Shown: one piece after another, positions 1-11,244 of the stretch | How positions within the stretch are numbered: the stretch's first letter is position 1 | Layout of the letters: the number at the start of each line of letters is the position of its first letter | NCBI GenBank assembly: GCA_048128005.1 | Contig: JBEUKZ010000094.1 | Span: forward strand, 62,001 to 104,754 | Direction: 5' to 3' | Source of the DNA: Veleropilina oligotropha | Taxonomy: Eukaryota | Length of the DNA: 42,754 nucleotides | Translations under genes and position numbers: made by a program | Notes under the pieces: model-generated | The model's input: the letters and a program-made list of their open reading frames with translations, nothing else | Told to the model about the DNA's origin: nothing | Database searches by the model: none

Positions 1-303
1 GCCCACTTGGGCTTATCTCCCTTTAGGTGGCGCTTCCAGCTAATCTTGTTTATTGGCCGTGGCCAATGGGAGGATGGGTCCAGTGGGCTTCGGCCAATCA
101 GCGGGGAGCCCCCTTTAGACTACACCAGAAGGAAAGGCGATTGGGACACACGGGCGACACACGAGGAGACACGAGGTTGAACGGTCGAGGGGCACGTGTC
201 GGAGGGCGGACGAGGAGTGGCGGAACGGTGACGGGGGAAGCGAACGGTGGAACGGGTGATTCCTCACACGAGCTCGCGGGGGCCTTACACCCCGACCACT
301 ACA
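1..303 (+). repeat. 5' LTR (partial)
   Basis: Appears identical to 2892-3194 and ends in CACTACA. Confidence 0.93.
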
Positions 304-304
304 T

Positions 305-320
305 TGGCGCTGTGAGCAGG
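305..320 (+). promoter_or_regulatory. Primer-binding site complementary to the 3' end of tRNA-Ser(CGA)
   Basis: TGGCGCTGTGAGCAGG lies 1 nt after the LTR end. It is the reverse complement of CCTGCTCACAGCG-CCA, the 3' end of metazoan tRNA-Ser(CGA) as I recall it. Confidence 0.8.
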
Positions 321-464
321 GTGTTGTCCTGCGGGAGTCGTGTGGGGCTGGGTTGTGTGGTGGTGATTATGTAATGATAAATTAATGAATTAAGCGGAGA
401 AAGCGTGGAGCACGTGGTGTGCGGATGAAGGAAATAATTTGTTAAATTGTGTGTTTAGCTTTTA

Positions 465-1060
465 GAGCCTGATATAATTTGTGGAATTTGGCGTTCAGCT
501 ATTGAGGCTGATATAATTTGTGGAATTTGGCGTTCAGCTATTGAGGCTGATATAATTTGTGGAATTTGGCGTTCAGCTACTGAGGCTGATATAAATTGTT
601 GAAGTTAACGTTCAGCTTTTATTAGGCTGATGTGAATGGGTGACCTTAAAGTCAAGCCCTTGATAGACTGAGAAATTGTTGAATTGTGCGTTCAGCCTTA
701 TTAAGCTGAAATAAATTGTTGAAGTTAACGTTCAGCTTTTATTAGGCCGATGTGAATGGGTGACCTTAAAGTCAAGCCCTTGATAGACTGAGAAATTGTT
801 GAATTGTGCGTTCAGCCTTATTAAGCTGAAATAAATTGTTGAAGTTAACGTTCAGCTTTTATTAGGCCGATGTGAATGGGTGACCTTAAAGTCAAGCCCT
901 TGGTAGACTGAGAAATTGTTGAATTCTGTGTTCAGCTTTATGAGCTGAAAGAAAGGGTTGAATTCTGTGTTCAGCTTTATGAGCTGAAAGAAAGGGTTGA
1001 ATTCTGTGTTCAGCTTTAGGAGTTGAAAGAAACGGTTGAATTCTGCGTTTAGCTTTATTG
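465..1060. repeat. Tandem repeat array inside the LTR element (39-bp units, 120-bp higher-order unit)
   Basis: GAGGCTGATATAATTTGTGGAATTTGGCGTTCAGCTATT has period 39 (465/504/543). Blocks starting at 601, 721 and 841 are near-identical. Confidence 0.9.
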
Positions 1061-2823
1061 AATACCACAGGTTGGAAAATAGACTGCACAGGCCTAGCAA
1101 CCCTGTGCCGTTGAGTATAATTAAGAGCACTGGTAAAGTATTCAATGTTGTAGGTAGTACGTGGAGGTGTCAGACTATTATCGAGATTTATTAACCCGGT
1201 ATTAAGTGGGACTTGATGCGATGGTTAGTGTGGGCGGTGTGGATGTACTCACGAGTGGCTTTAGGCGTGAGGCATCGGCATTACGTTTTTTTGAGCTCAC
1301 TCTTTGCCTTTAATGGGTGCGGATCTCCAGTGAAAGCGAGACAGTTCCTCGTGAATTTATAATATTGTAGAAAGTAGGTAAAGTCTGAAGCTTTCCCTTT
1401 GTACTGCTCTTCCCGTTCTCCTTTTTCCAAGGAGGGCCTCGTGAATTATATTTAGTTATATTTATTTTGATATTATTCTTGGAAGTTATTCTTTGATATT
1501 TAGTTTAATTTCTCTGCGGGTGGAAATACCACGCATAGATAGAGTTCTCCCTTGATAATATCCGGGTTGGGGGCTGGCCAGTGATTAAATCTTTTTGCGC
1601 GGACCGTTGCCTGAGTGCGGGTTGGAAGGGCCCTTGCATCTGGGTAGCCGTAGCGGGCTTGAGAATTGGTACTGTGCTTCCAGCAGGATACAGACCGGCG
1701 GTGGGGAGGCTCTGTGTATCTGCTCTTCAGTTTTTAGGGTAGCTTTGTGGGATTTTTTAGAGAATCACTGGTTAGGGGTTCGACCCAAATTATTGTCTAG
1801 TAGTTAATTAAGTAATGTATTGATCCGATCATTTAATTTTCCTTTAAGTGAAATTAATACATTCTCAATATGTCCGATACAGGGAGTGTGTCGTTAAAAG
1901 ACGACAGGGTATGTTGGCGTGATATCAGCCACCAGTTGAGCAAATTAAACAATGCAATGTTAAACCTGAAGAGGGATACTCCATCTATGAAAACGGATGA
2001 GTCCGATATTAGAAGTAGCGGGAAATCAGAAGAATGGCATCAGCAGTTGAGAAAATTAAACAGTGCATTGTTAAACCGGATTGCTGTGTCACGTGATTGC
2101 TGTGTGGCTGGTGCGGAGTTGTCGGTTCTGCCGAGTGGAGGGAGATCCGATGGCGCCCGACTACACGAACGGGGGGCTCAATCCGAGGCTGGGGTGGACG
2201 ACGTGGTTCCTCTGTCTGAGTGTGCTGCTGAGCTTGTCGGTGGGGGCCCGTTGGGCGAGGGTTCGGTGGCCGCGGGGTCGCTGTCTCGTCGGGAGTCCTG
2301 GTTGGGTGGACTTCCGGGAGAGGATCTGTCGCGATGTTCGGCTGGGCTTGGCGGTGGGGGTCCGTTGGGCGTGCGTTCGGTTGGGCGGGTAGCAGTGACT
2401 CCTGTTGGGTGTTGGTTCGGCCGGTTTTCGGGCGAGGAGTTGCGAATGGCCCAATTCGTGGATGCCGACATGCGGGCGATGTTGCCCTGGAGGAGGATAC
2501 ATTTTACTTTATGTTTGTAGAAGATCGGAGAAGGGAGGTATTATTGATCTCCTTTCTGACTGCGAGTGGCCTGCTAGGGTGGGTTTTTTGTATTTTGACA
2601 TTGTGTATTGGCCTACCACTTGGGGTAGTTGTGTTTATGTTAATGGTGATCGATGTGTGGATGGTAGGGCCATTGGATAATGATGTTAGAAGTAGGTTAA
2701 TTAAAGTAGGGGCTTTATTTGTTAATTATGGGATTTAGTCCGCATGCATGCCCTCATTACTTAGGATAAGAGATTTAAATTGGTTGGAGGCCGAGTCCCC
2801 TTGCTGGAGGAGTCCACCCTCCT

Positions 2824-2843
2824 AAAAATAAAGTGGAGTGGAA
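2824..2843 (+). promoter_or_regulatory. Polypurine tract
   Basis: AAAAATAAAGTGGAGTGGAA directly precedes the TG of the 3' LTR. Confidence 0.7.
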
Positions 2844-3194
2844 TGTAGTGCCCGGGGGTTGGTCCGAATTGACCAGAGCCGAGAGTCTGGTGCCCACTTG
2901 GGCTTATCTCCCTTTAGGTGGCGCTTCCAGCTAATCTTGTTTATTGGCCGTGGCCAATGGGAGGATGGGTCCAGTGGGCTTCGGCCAATCAGCGGGGAGC
3001 CCCCTTTAGACTACACCAGAAGGAAAGGCGATTGGGACACACGGGCGACACACGAGGAGACACGAGGTTGAACGGTCGAGGGGCACGTGTCGGAGGGCGG
3101 ACGAGGAGTGGCGGAACGGTGACGGGGGAAGCGAACGGTGGAACGGGTGATTCCTCACACGAGCTCGCGGGGGCCTTACACCCCGACCACTACA
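2844..3194 (+). repeat. 3' LTR (351 bp)
   Basis: TGTAGTG...CACTACA inverted termini; direct repeat of 1-303. Confidence 0.93.
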
Positions 3195-3755
3195 ATATGC
3201 TCCGGAAAAGATTATTTACACGGATGGACGGACGTTCTGCATTTTAATATCCCCCGCCAAAAAATTTGCCGGGGATAATTAGCGGGCCCTAATTAGCAAA
3301 CAATGCATTGGCATTTGCATGATTATTGTCATTACCCTTCCTGGACTGTCTGTTCACGGACATTGTGGGTAAGAGTTATCCCCCCTTTGCTTCCAACACT
3401 CGTCGTTGTAGAGTCTTTCTGTATATCTGATTCAATATACACGGATGTCAAAAACGTTTTATCAACAGCGGTATCTTCTTCCGAATCTTCATACACCAAA
3501 CCGAATTCGGATTCTTCGTTTGCTTCCATATCATTGGGTACGTTCACTTCTTCTTGCGTATCCATCTTGTTATTTTCACCCAAGGCCCAATCCGACATTC
3601 TTTTGAAACGTGATATTTGATTGGATGACACAGTTTCATATTCTTTTGACTACTCCCCTCTTTCAGCCTCGACAAAATAGCAGTGCGATTTAGCTGAGAT
3701 ATTGTACAACGAGATAGGATTACGCCAAGTCGAAGATATCGGTTATGTTCGCATG

Positions 3756-4863
3756 TATGGAGCCGAATAGGTGCAAAAATTCTACATCCTACATTCTTTA
3801 TTCTACATCCATCATTCATCATGCTACATGGTAAAATTCAACGTGCAAAAATTCTACATCCTACATTCTTTATTCTACATCCTACATTCTTCCTATATTC
3901 TTTATTCTACATCCATCATTCATCATGCTACATGATAAAAACGGTTATAGAGTAAATATTTCTACAGTTAGAAGCATATTAGCAGCTACAACTTGGAACT
4001 CGCATGTTGAGGCTAGCATGTTGACGCTGGCATGTTGAGGTTGGCAAGGTCGTGTTTGAAAGTCTAGCATAATATGCGCTCGTATTATGCTATCTCAATT
4101 CTGCCTGATAGATGGCGCTGCGGTGTTAAAGTGTGAAACTAACCGCTCCCTAGCTGTCACTCGTCGCTGAGAGCCTCGTTGAACGAAAGGTAATATCGGT
4201 ATCATGTATATTATGTTTAACCTGTGACTGATATAAGAGTAGTACTAAGCAGTCACAGGTTAAACATAATATACATGATACCGATATTACCTTTCGTTCA
4301 ACGAGGCTCTCAGCGACGAGTGACAGCTAGGGAGCGGTTAGTTTCACACTTTAACACCGCAGGGGCATCTATCAGGCAGAATTGAGATAGCATAATACGA
4401 GCGCATATTATGCTAGACTTTCAAACACGACCTTGCCAACCTCAACATGCCAGCGTCAACATGCTAGCCTCAACATGCCAACACGAACATGCGAGTTCCA
4501 AGTTGTAGCTGCTAATATGCTTCTAACTGTAGAAATATTTAATCTATAACCGTTTTTATCATGTAGCATGAATGAATGATGGATGTAGAATAAAGAATAT
4601 AGGATGTAGAATAAAGAATGTAGGATGTAGAATAAAGAATATAGGATGTAGAATAAAGAATGTAGGATGTAGAATAAAGAATGTAGGATGTATAATTTTT
4701 GCACCTTGTATTTTACCATGTAGCATGATGAATGATGGATGTAGAATAAAGAATGTAGGATGTAGAATTTTTGCACCTTGTATTTTACCATGTAGCATGA
4801 TGAATGATGGATGTAGAATAAAGAATGTAGGATGTAGAATTTTTGCACCTATTCGGCTCCATA
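3756..4863. mobile_element. Foldback/palindromic non-autonomous DNA transposon (IS3EU-like termini), copy 1
   Basis: Termini TATGGAGCC...GGCTCCATA with a 6-bp TSD CGCATG (3750-3755, 4864-4869). Arms 3756-4230 and 4250-4863 are reverse complements around a 19-nt spacer, with variable numbers of GGATGTAGAATAAAGAATGTA subrepeats. Confidence 0.8.
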
Positions 4864-5751
4864 CGCATGTGCCACCGTGTAAGATAATCTGCGTTAGGCC
4901 TACGATGCTGTCTTGTTAGCGTAGACTTTTGAACATCGTAAATGGTCGCAGTTTGTGAGAGGTTGCATCGTGCGATTATCTACGATACGAGACCCTAAAG
5001 ATGGCCGCACATATGTCCGCAAAGTCTTGGTCAGACCGAGCTACGACCTCGTGCGATTCTAGATATCTATGATTGTCACCGACTTGGCTACGATATTACA
5101 ATCTTAGGTTTGTGGTCACGCGTATATATATACTTGGTACGATGGGTTAGCGACGCACCTCCCAGTCAGCACACGATATCGTTGTTTTGGCTGGGCTGGG
5201 ACAATCGTACGACTTCACTACGATCGATTGTCTGTCGAAAAGCTGATATCATCATAGGATCACGTGGTAAAGTCGTGTAACATCGTACGATGTGGGGTGG
5301 TCGCGCGACGCATACTGTGCGTTTGTTATTCACATTTTAGTAGTTCAGTTTTCGAGAGAGTTTTCAAGGTAGGAGATAAATTTTCCCTGGTCAGTTCGTC
5401 AGAATAAATTGAGATAGATAAAAATTTCTCAAGATGAACGCGCAATATCACGGGAAGGTCGTACGACGTCTTGAATTAATATTTTCATGTGAGAAAAGGA
5501 GATGAAATGTCGTAGCCTACTAGGATTAGCCGTGACGTCACACGATGATCATACGGTACGTCCCTATACATTCCCGGAAATATATGCCATGTTTTTTAAC
5601 ATGACTAACCCCCCCCCCCCCCCCGAAGACGTCGTGCGAGAACACCCGATCGCTGCAACGTCGCACGACCCCCCCCCTACCCCTCCAATGGTCCGCGATC
5701 ACCTGAAATGTACCCATCGCAGGTGGTCGTACGACGTCTTAAGACTTGCTT

Positions 5752-6917
5752 ATGCCTATGTCACTAATACACCGGTCGCCGTGTGATGGGGATAATCGCA
5801 CGGCGTCTCAACGGGGAAGAATCGTAGGCCTCTGACAAAAATCTGTGCCATGGTCACATTAGATACGTTGCCCGTACGGCTAACACAATTTTCTGGCGGT
5901 CAAATTGTGCGGACATCGTAATTAAGGTGACATTACGACGTCCGCATTTTGTCCCGACATCGTTCGGATGCCTTACGGGCTTCCTACCATCTCTTGCGGA
6001 GTAAAGCCGGTCGCACACGTTGCGGCTTTCCTTACGATATAGTACCTATGTCCCGCTCTGTATAAAATTGTCTGGTGTTCAGCAGTTGGCGCAGGGCGTG
6101 AGGGGTATTATATACACGACAGGACACGATTTTCTCTAGTCATATGGAAGCGTACGATATCGTAGAGTTTTGAACATGTTTAAAAAAATGTGGTCGTACG
6201 CACAAAATCGTGCGCGTTTTGCTGGCTCGACCAGGGAAAATTTGAATATTGTATTTGTAGCCTAATTGAAAAACAACTGAATTCTAAACAACACAACGTC
6301 AGTAAATTGAGCGAATTTTAATGCACATGAAAATTTTAAAATTGTCTTTATATACAGTACACGATTATATTTGAAGGTTCCACGGGAAGAACCAGCGAAA
6401 TATGACATTGCTGTTTTTTTCTCGTAGACCCTTCATTTGCAAACGCTAAACTTAATTGTTGATGGTAATATGAACCGAAAGAGAAAATAGTTGACAGTGC
6501 ATTTGCACATGCGCTGGTTTGTGTGGAGTGTACGGTATCGTAGGATTTTCATAGACAAACGCAGCGTGTGAGAGGTCATTGACGTGACCACTCTGCTCGC
6601 ATAGTCATAGTCTAGTCATAGTCTATTGACTGGGGTGGTCTTTTCGTATCTCTTTGCCTGGAGAGTGTGACGTGACGTATCGTAGCGCAGCTTGTCATAA
6701 GCAAAAATCGCAACGTGTGCGAGGTATCCTCGCAATATGCCTGCGATGATTTCCTGATTTTCAAAATCTAAAAATGATAACTCTGCGTTAAAAGTTGCCG
6801 ATGACCCTACGATGCCCTAAAATGGGCGAAAAGGTCACCGATGTCCGTACGACATCTTCAAAAACACATCGTACGGGCGCCGTATCCGCTTACGATATGT
6901 ATTTGTGACATCGGCAT
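5752..6917. mobile_element. Probable PIF/Harbinger-like MITE with a nested inner inverted repeat (about 6005-6728); second copy about 12135-13299
   Basis: ATGCCTATGTCACTAATACA pairs with the reverse complement of TGTATTTGTGACATCGGCAT. The inner pair is TCGCACACGTTGCG / CGCAACGTGTGCGA. The region is rich in TCGTACGA-type motifs. The TSD is imperfect. Confidence 0.45.
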
Positions 6918-7194
6918 TTAGTTACGTCACACTGGCCGTAAAAATACCGCAGGCCCGTCGGACGCAAATTAGTATTGGTCAGGCTCAGAGCTTCCAACCT
7001 ATATGAATGAAAAAGAGTGAGATTGCGAATGACCGAAAGCCGTCAGCATTGAAAGCCCAAAGGCCCCGATTAACTACCCCCTGTATAGAAGGTCTTAGAT
7101 GCGTTTCCTGCAATCTGGGTTATATATTGAGTATTTATTGACCATTATATTTGCCCCAAAATTTGAGAGTTTTGGGAAACAAATATATTATATA

Positions 7195-7633
7195 CTAGCT
7201 TGCATACCCGGCTCTGCCCGTGTAAAAAAAGGCTTCCCCCAACAGCTTAGTCACCCTGTCTGCCTTACCCCCCCCCCCCCCCTCGTTTATCTTCCTAATT
7301 GTATAATAGAAGACTCTGCCAGTATGAAGCTCGAATAAATATCAGCAGCCTCCAGAATGTTTTAATAATTAAGGATAAGCATTACTAATACTTATCTTGC
7401 GGGCACGTAGCGTTTCACTATTTATAATTTCATGTGTCACGCTCTTCGCTATCGTATTTCCGAGGTAAGGCTTCCCCCAACAGCTCCCTGTCTGCCTTAC
7501 TAACGACAATAACGACGCCGGAAGTGGCTATATCTAAATAACTTGCAGTGGATTGTATATATGAAGACGTTCACCACCACCGATAGGACACGGGACAAAC
7601 CAACAACGAACAGTCTTACTTTATATATATAGA
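7195..7633 (-). mobile_element. Non-autonomous Helitron, copy 1
   Basis: The minus strand starts A|TCTATATATATAAAAG and ends CTAG|T, with a GC-rich imperfect hairpin (CGGGCAGAGCCGGG) just upstream of CTAG. Confidence 0.7.
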
Positions 7634-8145
7634 TTATAAATTCTATTCAGTAATAACATTATTATAAAAACATAACTTCATGAAATATTATGCATATGTC
7701 ATGGCTAGTTCTGGCTTATGATTTTCTTGTGCCAATGAAATCACCATTTCATAGTTTGCTATTCCAATGCCACTGTCAGATTGCTTCGGCCAATAGAAAC
7801 TAGAAAAACGCTGTGGCATGCCTAAAACATTCTAGTAAACCTCATATAATATCATACTCCAACAACGTTAGAGCGTGCTACTTTCTACGCACCTCACATT
7901 TCTCACCGCTTAATTAACATTGAATTTAGGAAACATTCAAAATACCAAGCAATATCGTACAGCATTATGCTTACTTTCATATTATTTACTCCCAGATAAG
8001 GAACGCATCACGTACACATGTACGTATATTGCACATATTCGCTAATTTGATGCAGATGCATAACGTTCAACAAGTTTACTGAGTGACAGTCGCTAACGTT
8101 AAAAAATATGGCGATTGGGGTCAATGTAAATTATGGTATGTCAAC

Positions 8146-8447
8146 CCGGTGTCGCGAACTCTATCGGTCCTCTGACTGAGGCGTACACTTGTCACTTGTG
8201 CGCATGCGCAGAGGTAGTTGGGTCATCTCAGTTCGTTAGGCGTTACGGTCCCTGAACTGAAACTAACCCTAACCTCTAACCCTAAACTGAAACTGACCCT
8301 AACCCCTAACCCTGAACTGAAACTAACCCTAACCCTAATTATATTAATGCCACACTCAGTCAGCGGATGTTGATCCCATCAGCCTGACATGCGCACAACT
8401 GGCAAGTTTACGCCTGAGTCAGGGCACGGTACAGTTCGCTACACCGG
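8146..8447. mobile_element. MITE-like element with ~70-bp imperfect TIRs and internal telomere-like (CCCTAA) repeats
   Basis: CCGGTGTCGCGAACT...AGTTCGCTACACCGG. Degenerate AACCCT repeats at about 8250-8340. No clear TSD. Confidence 0.65.
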
Positions 8448-8718
8448 TCTCATATTTTATAGGACTCTATTAGGAGTAATAATATCACTGCCCGAGTAAC
8501 AGTATGATCACATGCATCCATACAGCTGACAATCAAACCAAAGAAAATGTATGTTAGCTTTGAGCAACCAACATGCATTGCACACATCGAAAAAACTTCT
8601 ACCAAAATATCTTGATTAACTATTAGTTATTACATTCAATTCATTATCACTGCGGCAGTGCCATAGTACCCCCCCCCATATATCATATTGACTCCGACGC
8701 AACTGTTGTAACAATAAA

Positions 8719-9660
8719 AACAAGAAGACAAAGCCATCAATATCCCCCGAAATGGTACATTCACAATAATTACTATATGCTGTATGTTCTTGAAACAATA
8801 TCGTTGATTTAAATAATAACAAGAGCAATAACTCTGTCATTAATCATGACGCCACGTTAAAATTATGAAACGGCACCAGTTAACCAACTACAGAATACAC
8901 GTAACACCCACCAAGTTTCATACACCCACGTAGTCTTAAGCACTGTATGAGATATAGTCGGGAATAACAAAATTAAAGCGAGGGCAATAACTCTGTGAAT
9001 ATTTGACATACAACGCCAAAATTAACGAAAGGCACCAGTTCAACAACTGCTTTTAAAATACATCCACCAAATTACATAAAGTTATGCCGATCGGTTTATG
9101 AGATACACTTCGGAAAGGAGAACAGTAACAAATTAACAACAAGGTCAATAACTTTGCTTATGATCACAACACAACTTCGAAACTAGCAAAAGGCACCAGT
9201 TCACCGACTACTTAATATATCTAGCAAGTTTCGTAAAGTTATGTCTAGCAGTGTATGAGCTATGCTCCGAAAAAGATAACATTTTAACGAAATTAGAACA
9301 AGGGAAATAACTCCGTGAATGATCACCGCATAACGTCGAAACTAGCAAAAGGCACCAGTTCACAGACTACTGAATACATCCACCAAGTTTCGTAAAGTTA
9401 TGTCAAGAGGTGTACGAGCTATGCTCCGGAATATGTAACATTAACGAATTTAGAACAAGGGAAATAACTCTGTTAATAATAGCGACACAACGTCGAAACT
9501 AGCAAAAGGCACCAGTTCTCAGAGTACTTAATACATCCAGGAAGTTTCGAAAAGTTATGTCAAGCGGTGTATGAAATATGCTCCGGAAAAGATTATTTAC
9601 ACGGATGGACGGACGTTCTGCATTTTAATATCCCCCGCCAAAAAATTTGCCGGGGATAAT
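8719..9660 (+). mobile_element. Helentron-associated/pearl-like element (HINE) with about five ~159-bp tandem core repeats
   Basis: GGCACCAGTT recurs at 8872, 9031, 9192, 9351 and 9508, followed by an ACGG microsatellite at 9600-9615. The 3' palindrome is ATCCCCCGCCAAAAAATTTGCCGGGGAT, and subterminal ATATCCCCCG also occurs at 8740. The 3' end of another copy is at 3195-3279. Confidence 0.7.
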
Positions 9661-10136
9661 TAGCGGGCCCTAATTAGCAAACAATGCATTGGCATTTGCA
9701 TGATTATTGTCATTACCCTTCCTGGACTGTCTGTTCACGGACATTGTGGGTAAGAGTTATCCCCCCTTTGCTTCCAACACTCGTCGTTGTAGAGTCTTTC
9801 TGTATATCTGATTCAATATACACGGATGTCAAAAACGTTTTATCAACAGCGGTATCTTCTTCCGAATCTTCATACACCAAACCGAATTCGGATTCTTCGT
9901 TTGCTTCCATATCATTGGGTACGTTCACTTCTTCTTGCGTATCCATCTTGTTATTTTCACCCAAGGCCCAATCCGACATTCTTTTGAAACGTGATATTTG
10001 ATTGGATGACACAGTTTCATATTCTTTTGACTACTCCCCTCTTTCAGCCTCGACAAAATAGCAGTGCGATTTAGCTGAGATATTGTACAACGAGATAGGA
10101 TTACGCCAAGTCGAAGATATCGGTTATGTTCGCATG

Positions 10137-11244
10137 TATGGAGCCGAATAGGTGCAAAAATTCTACATCCTACATTCTTTATTCTACATCCATCATTCAT
10201 CATGCTACATGGTAAAATTCAACGTGCAAAAATTCTACATCCTACATTCTTTATTCTACATCCTACATTCTTCCTATATTCTTTATTCTACATCCATCAT
10301 TCATCATGCTACATGATAAAAACGGTTATAGAGTAAATATTTCTACAGTTAGAAGCATATTAGCAGCTACAACTTGGAACTCGCATGTTGAGGCTAGCAT
10401 GTTGACGCTGGCATGTTGAGGTTGGCAAGGTCGTGTTTGAAAGTCTAGCATAATATGCGCTCGTATTATGCTATCTCAATTCTGCCTGATAGATGGCGCT
10501 GCGGTGTTAAAGTGTGAAACTAACCGCTCCCTAGCTGTCACTCGTCGCTGAGAGCCTCGTTGAACGAAAGGTAATATCGGTATCATGTATATTATGTTTA
10601 ACCTGTGACTGATATAAGAGTAGTACTAAGCAGTCACAGGTTAAACATAATATACATGATACCGATATTACCTTTCGTTCAACGAGGCTCTCAGCGACGA
10701 GTGACAGCTAGGGAGCGGTTAGTTTCACACTTTAACACCGCAGGGGCATCTATCAGGCAGAATTGAGATAGCATAATACGAGCGCATATTATGCTAGACT
10801 TTCAAACACGACCTTGCCAACCTCAACATGCCAGCGTCAACATGCTAGCCTCAACATGCCAACACGAACATGCGAGTTCCAAGTTGTAGCTGCTAATATG
10901 CTTCTAACTGTAGAAATATTTAATCTATAACCGTTTTTATCATGTAGCATGAATGAATTATGGATGTAGAATAAAGAATATAGGATGTAGAATAAAGAAT
11001 GTAGGATGTAGAATAAAGAATATAGGATGTAGAATAAAGAATGTAGGATGTAGAATAAAGAATGTAGGATGTAGAATTTTTGCACCTTGTATTTTACCAT
11101 GTAGCATGATGAATGATGGATGTAGAATAAAGAATGTAGGATGTAGAATTTTTGCACCTTGTATTTTACCATGTAGCATGATGAATGATGGATGTAGAAT
11201 AAAGAATGTAGGATGTAGAATTTTTGCACCTATTCGGCTCCATA
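10137..11244. mobile_element. Foldback/palindromic element, copy 2
   Basis: Same as 3756-4863, with TSD CGCATG at 10131-10136 and 11245-11250. Confidence 0.8.

Larger units (their letters stand above)
1..3194 (+). mobile_element. Non-autonomous LTR retroelement; the 5' LTR is cut by the window edge
   Basis: 1-303 matches 2892-3194. The full 3' LTR (2844-3194) runs TGTAGTG...CACTACA. There is a PBS right after the 5' LTR and a purine-rich tract right before the 3' LTR. No gag or pol motifs are seen in the internal ORFs. Confidence 0.92.
3195..7689 (+). repeat. Segmental/tandem duplication, copy 1
   Basis: Near-identical to 9576-14071 (offset 6381-6382). The ORF track is duplicated accordingly. 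Confidence 0.95.

Noticed and set aside
465..1060. 39-bp repeats as a CRISPR array
   Set aside because: The units are contiguous with no unique spacers, there are no cas genes, and the context is a eukaryotic LTR element.
1870..2738. ORFs inside the LTR element as gag or env
   Set aside because: No zinc knuckle, protease, RT or integrase motifs. Several overlapping GC-rich frames have no clear winner, although a degenerate accessory ORF cannot be excluded.
3332..3631. Acidic 99-aa ORF (duplicated at 9713-10012)
   Set aside because: No recognisable domain. It lies between repeats and recurs only because of the duplication.
4456..4919. Repetitive ORFs (FYILHSL / GCRIKNV)
   Set aside because: These are translations of 21-bp subrepeats in the foldback arms.
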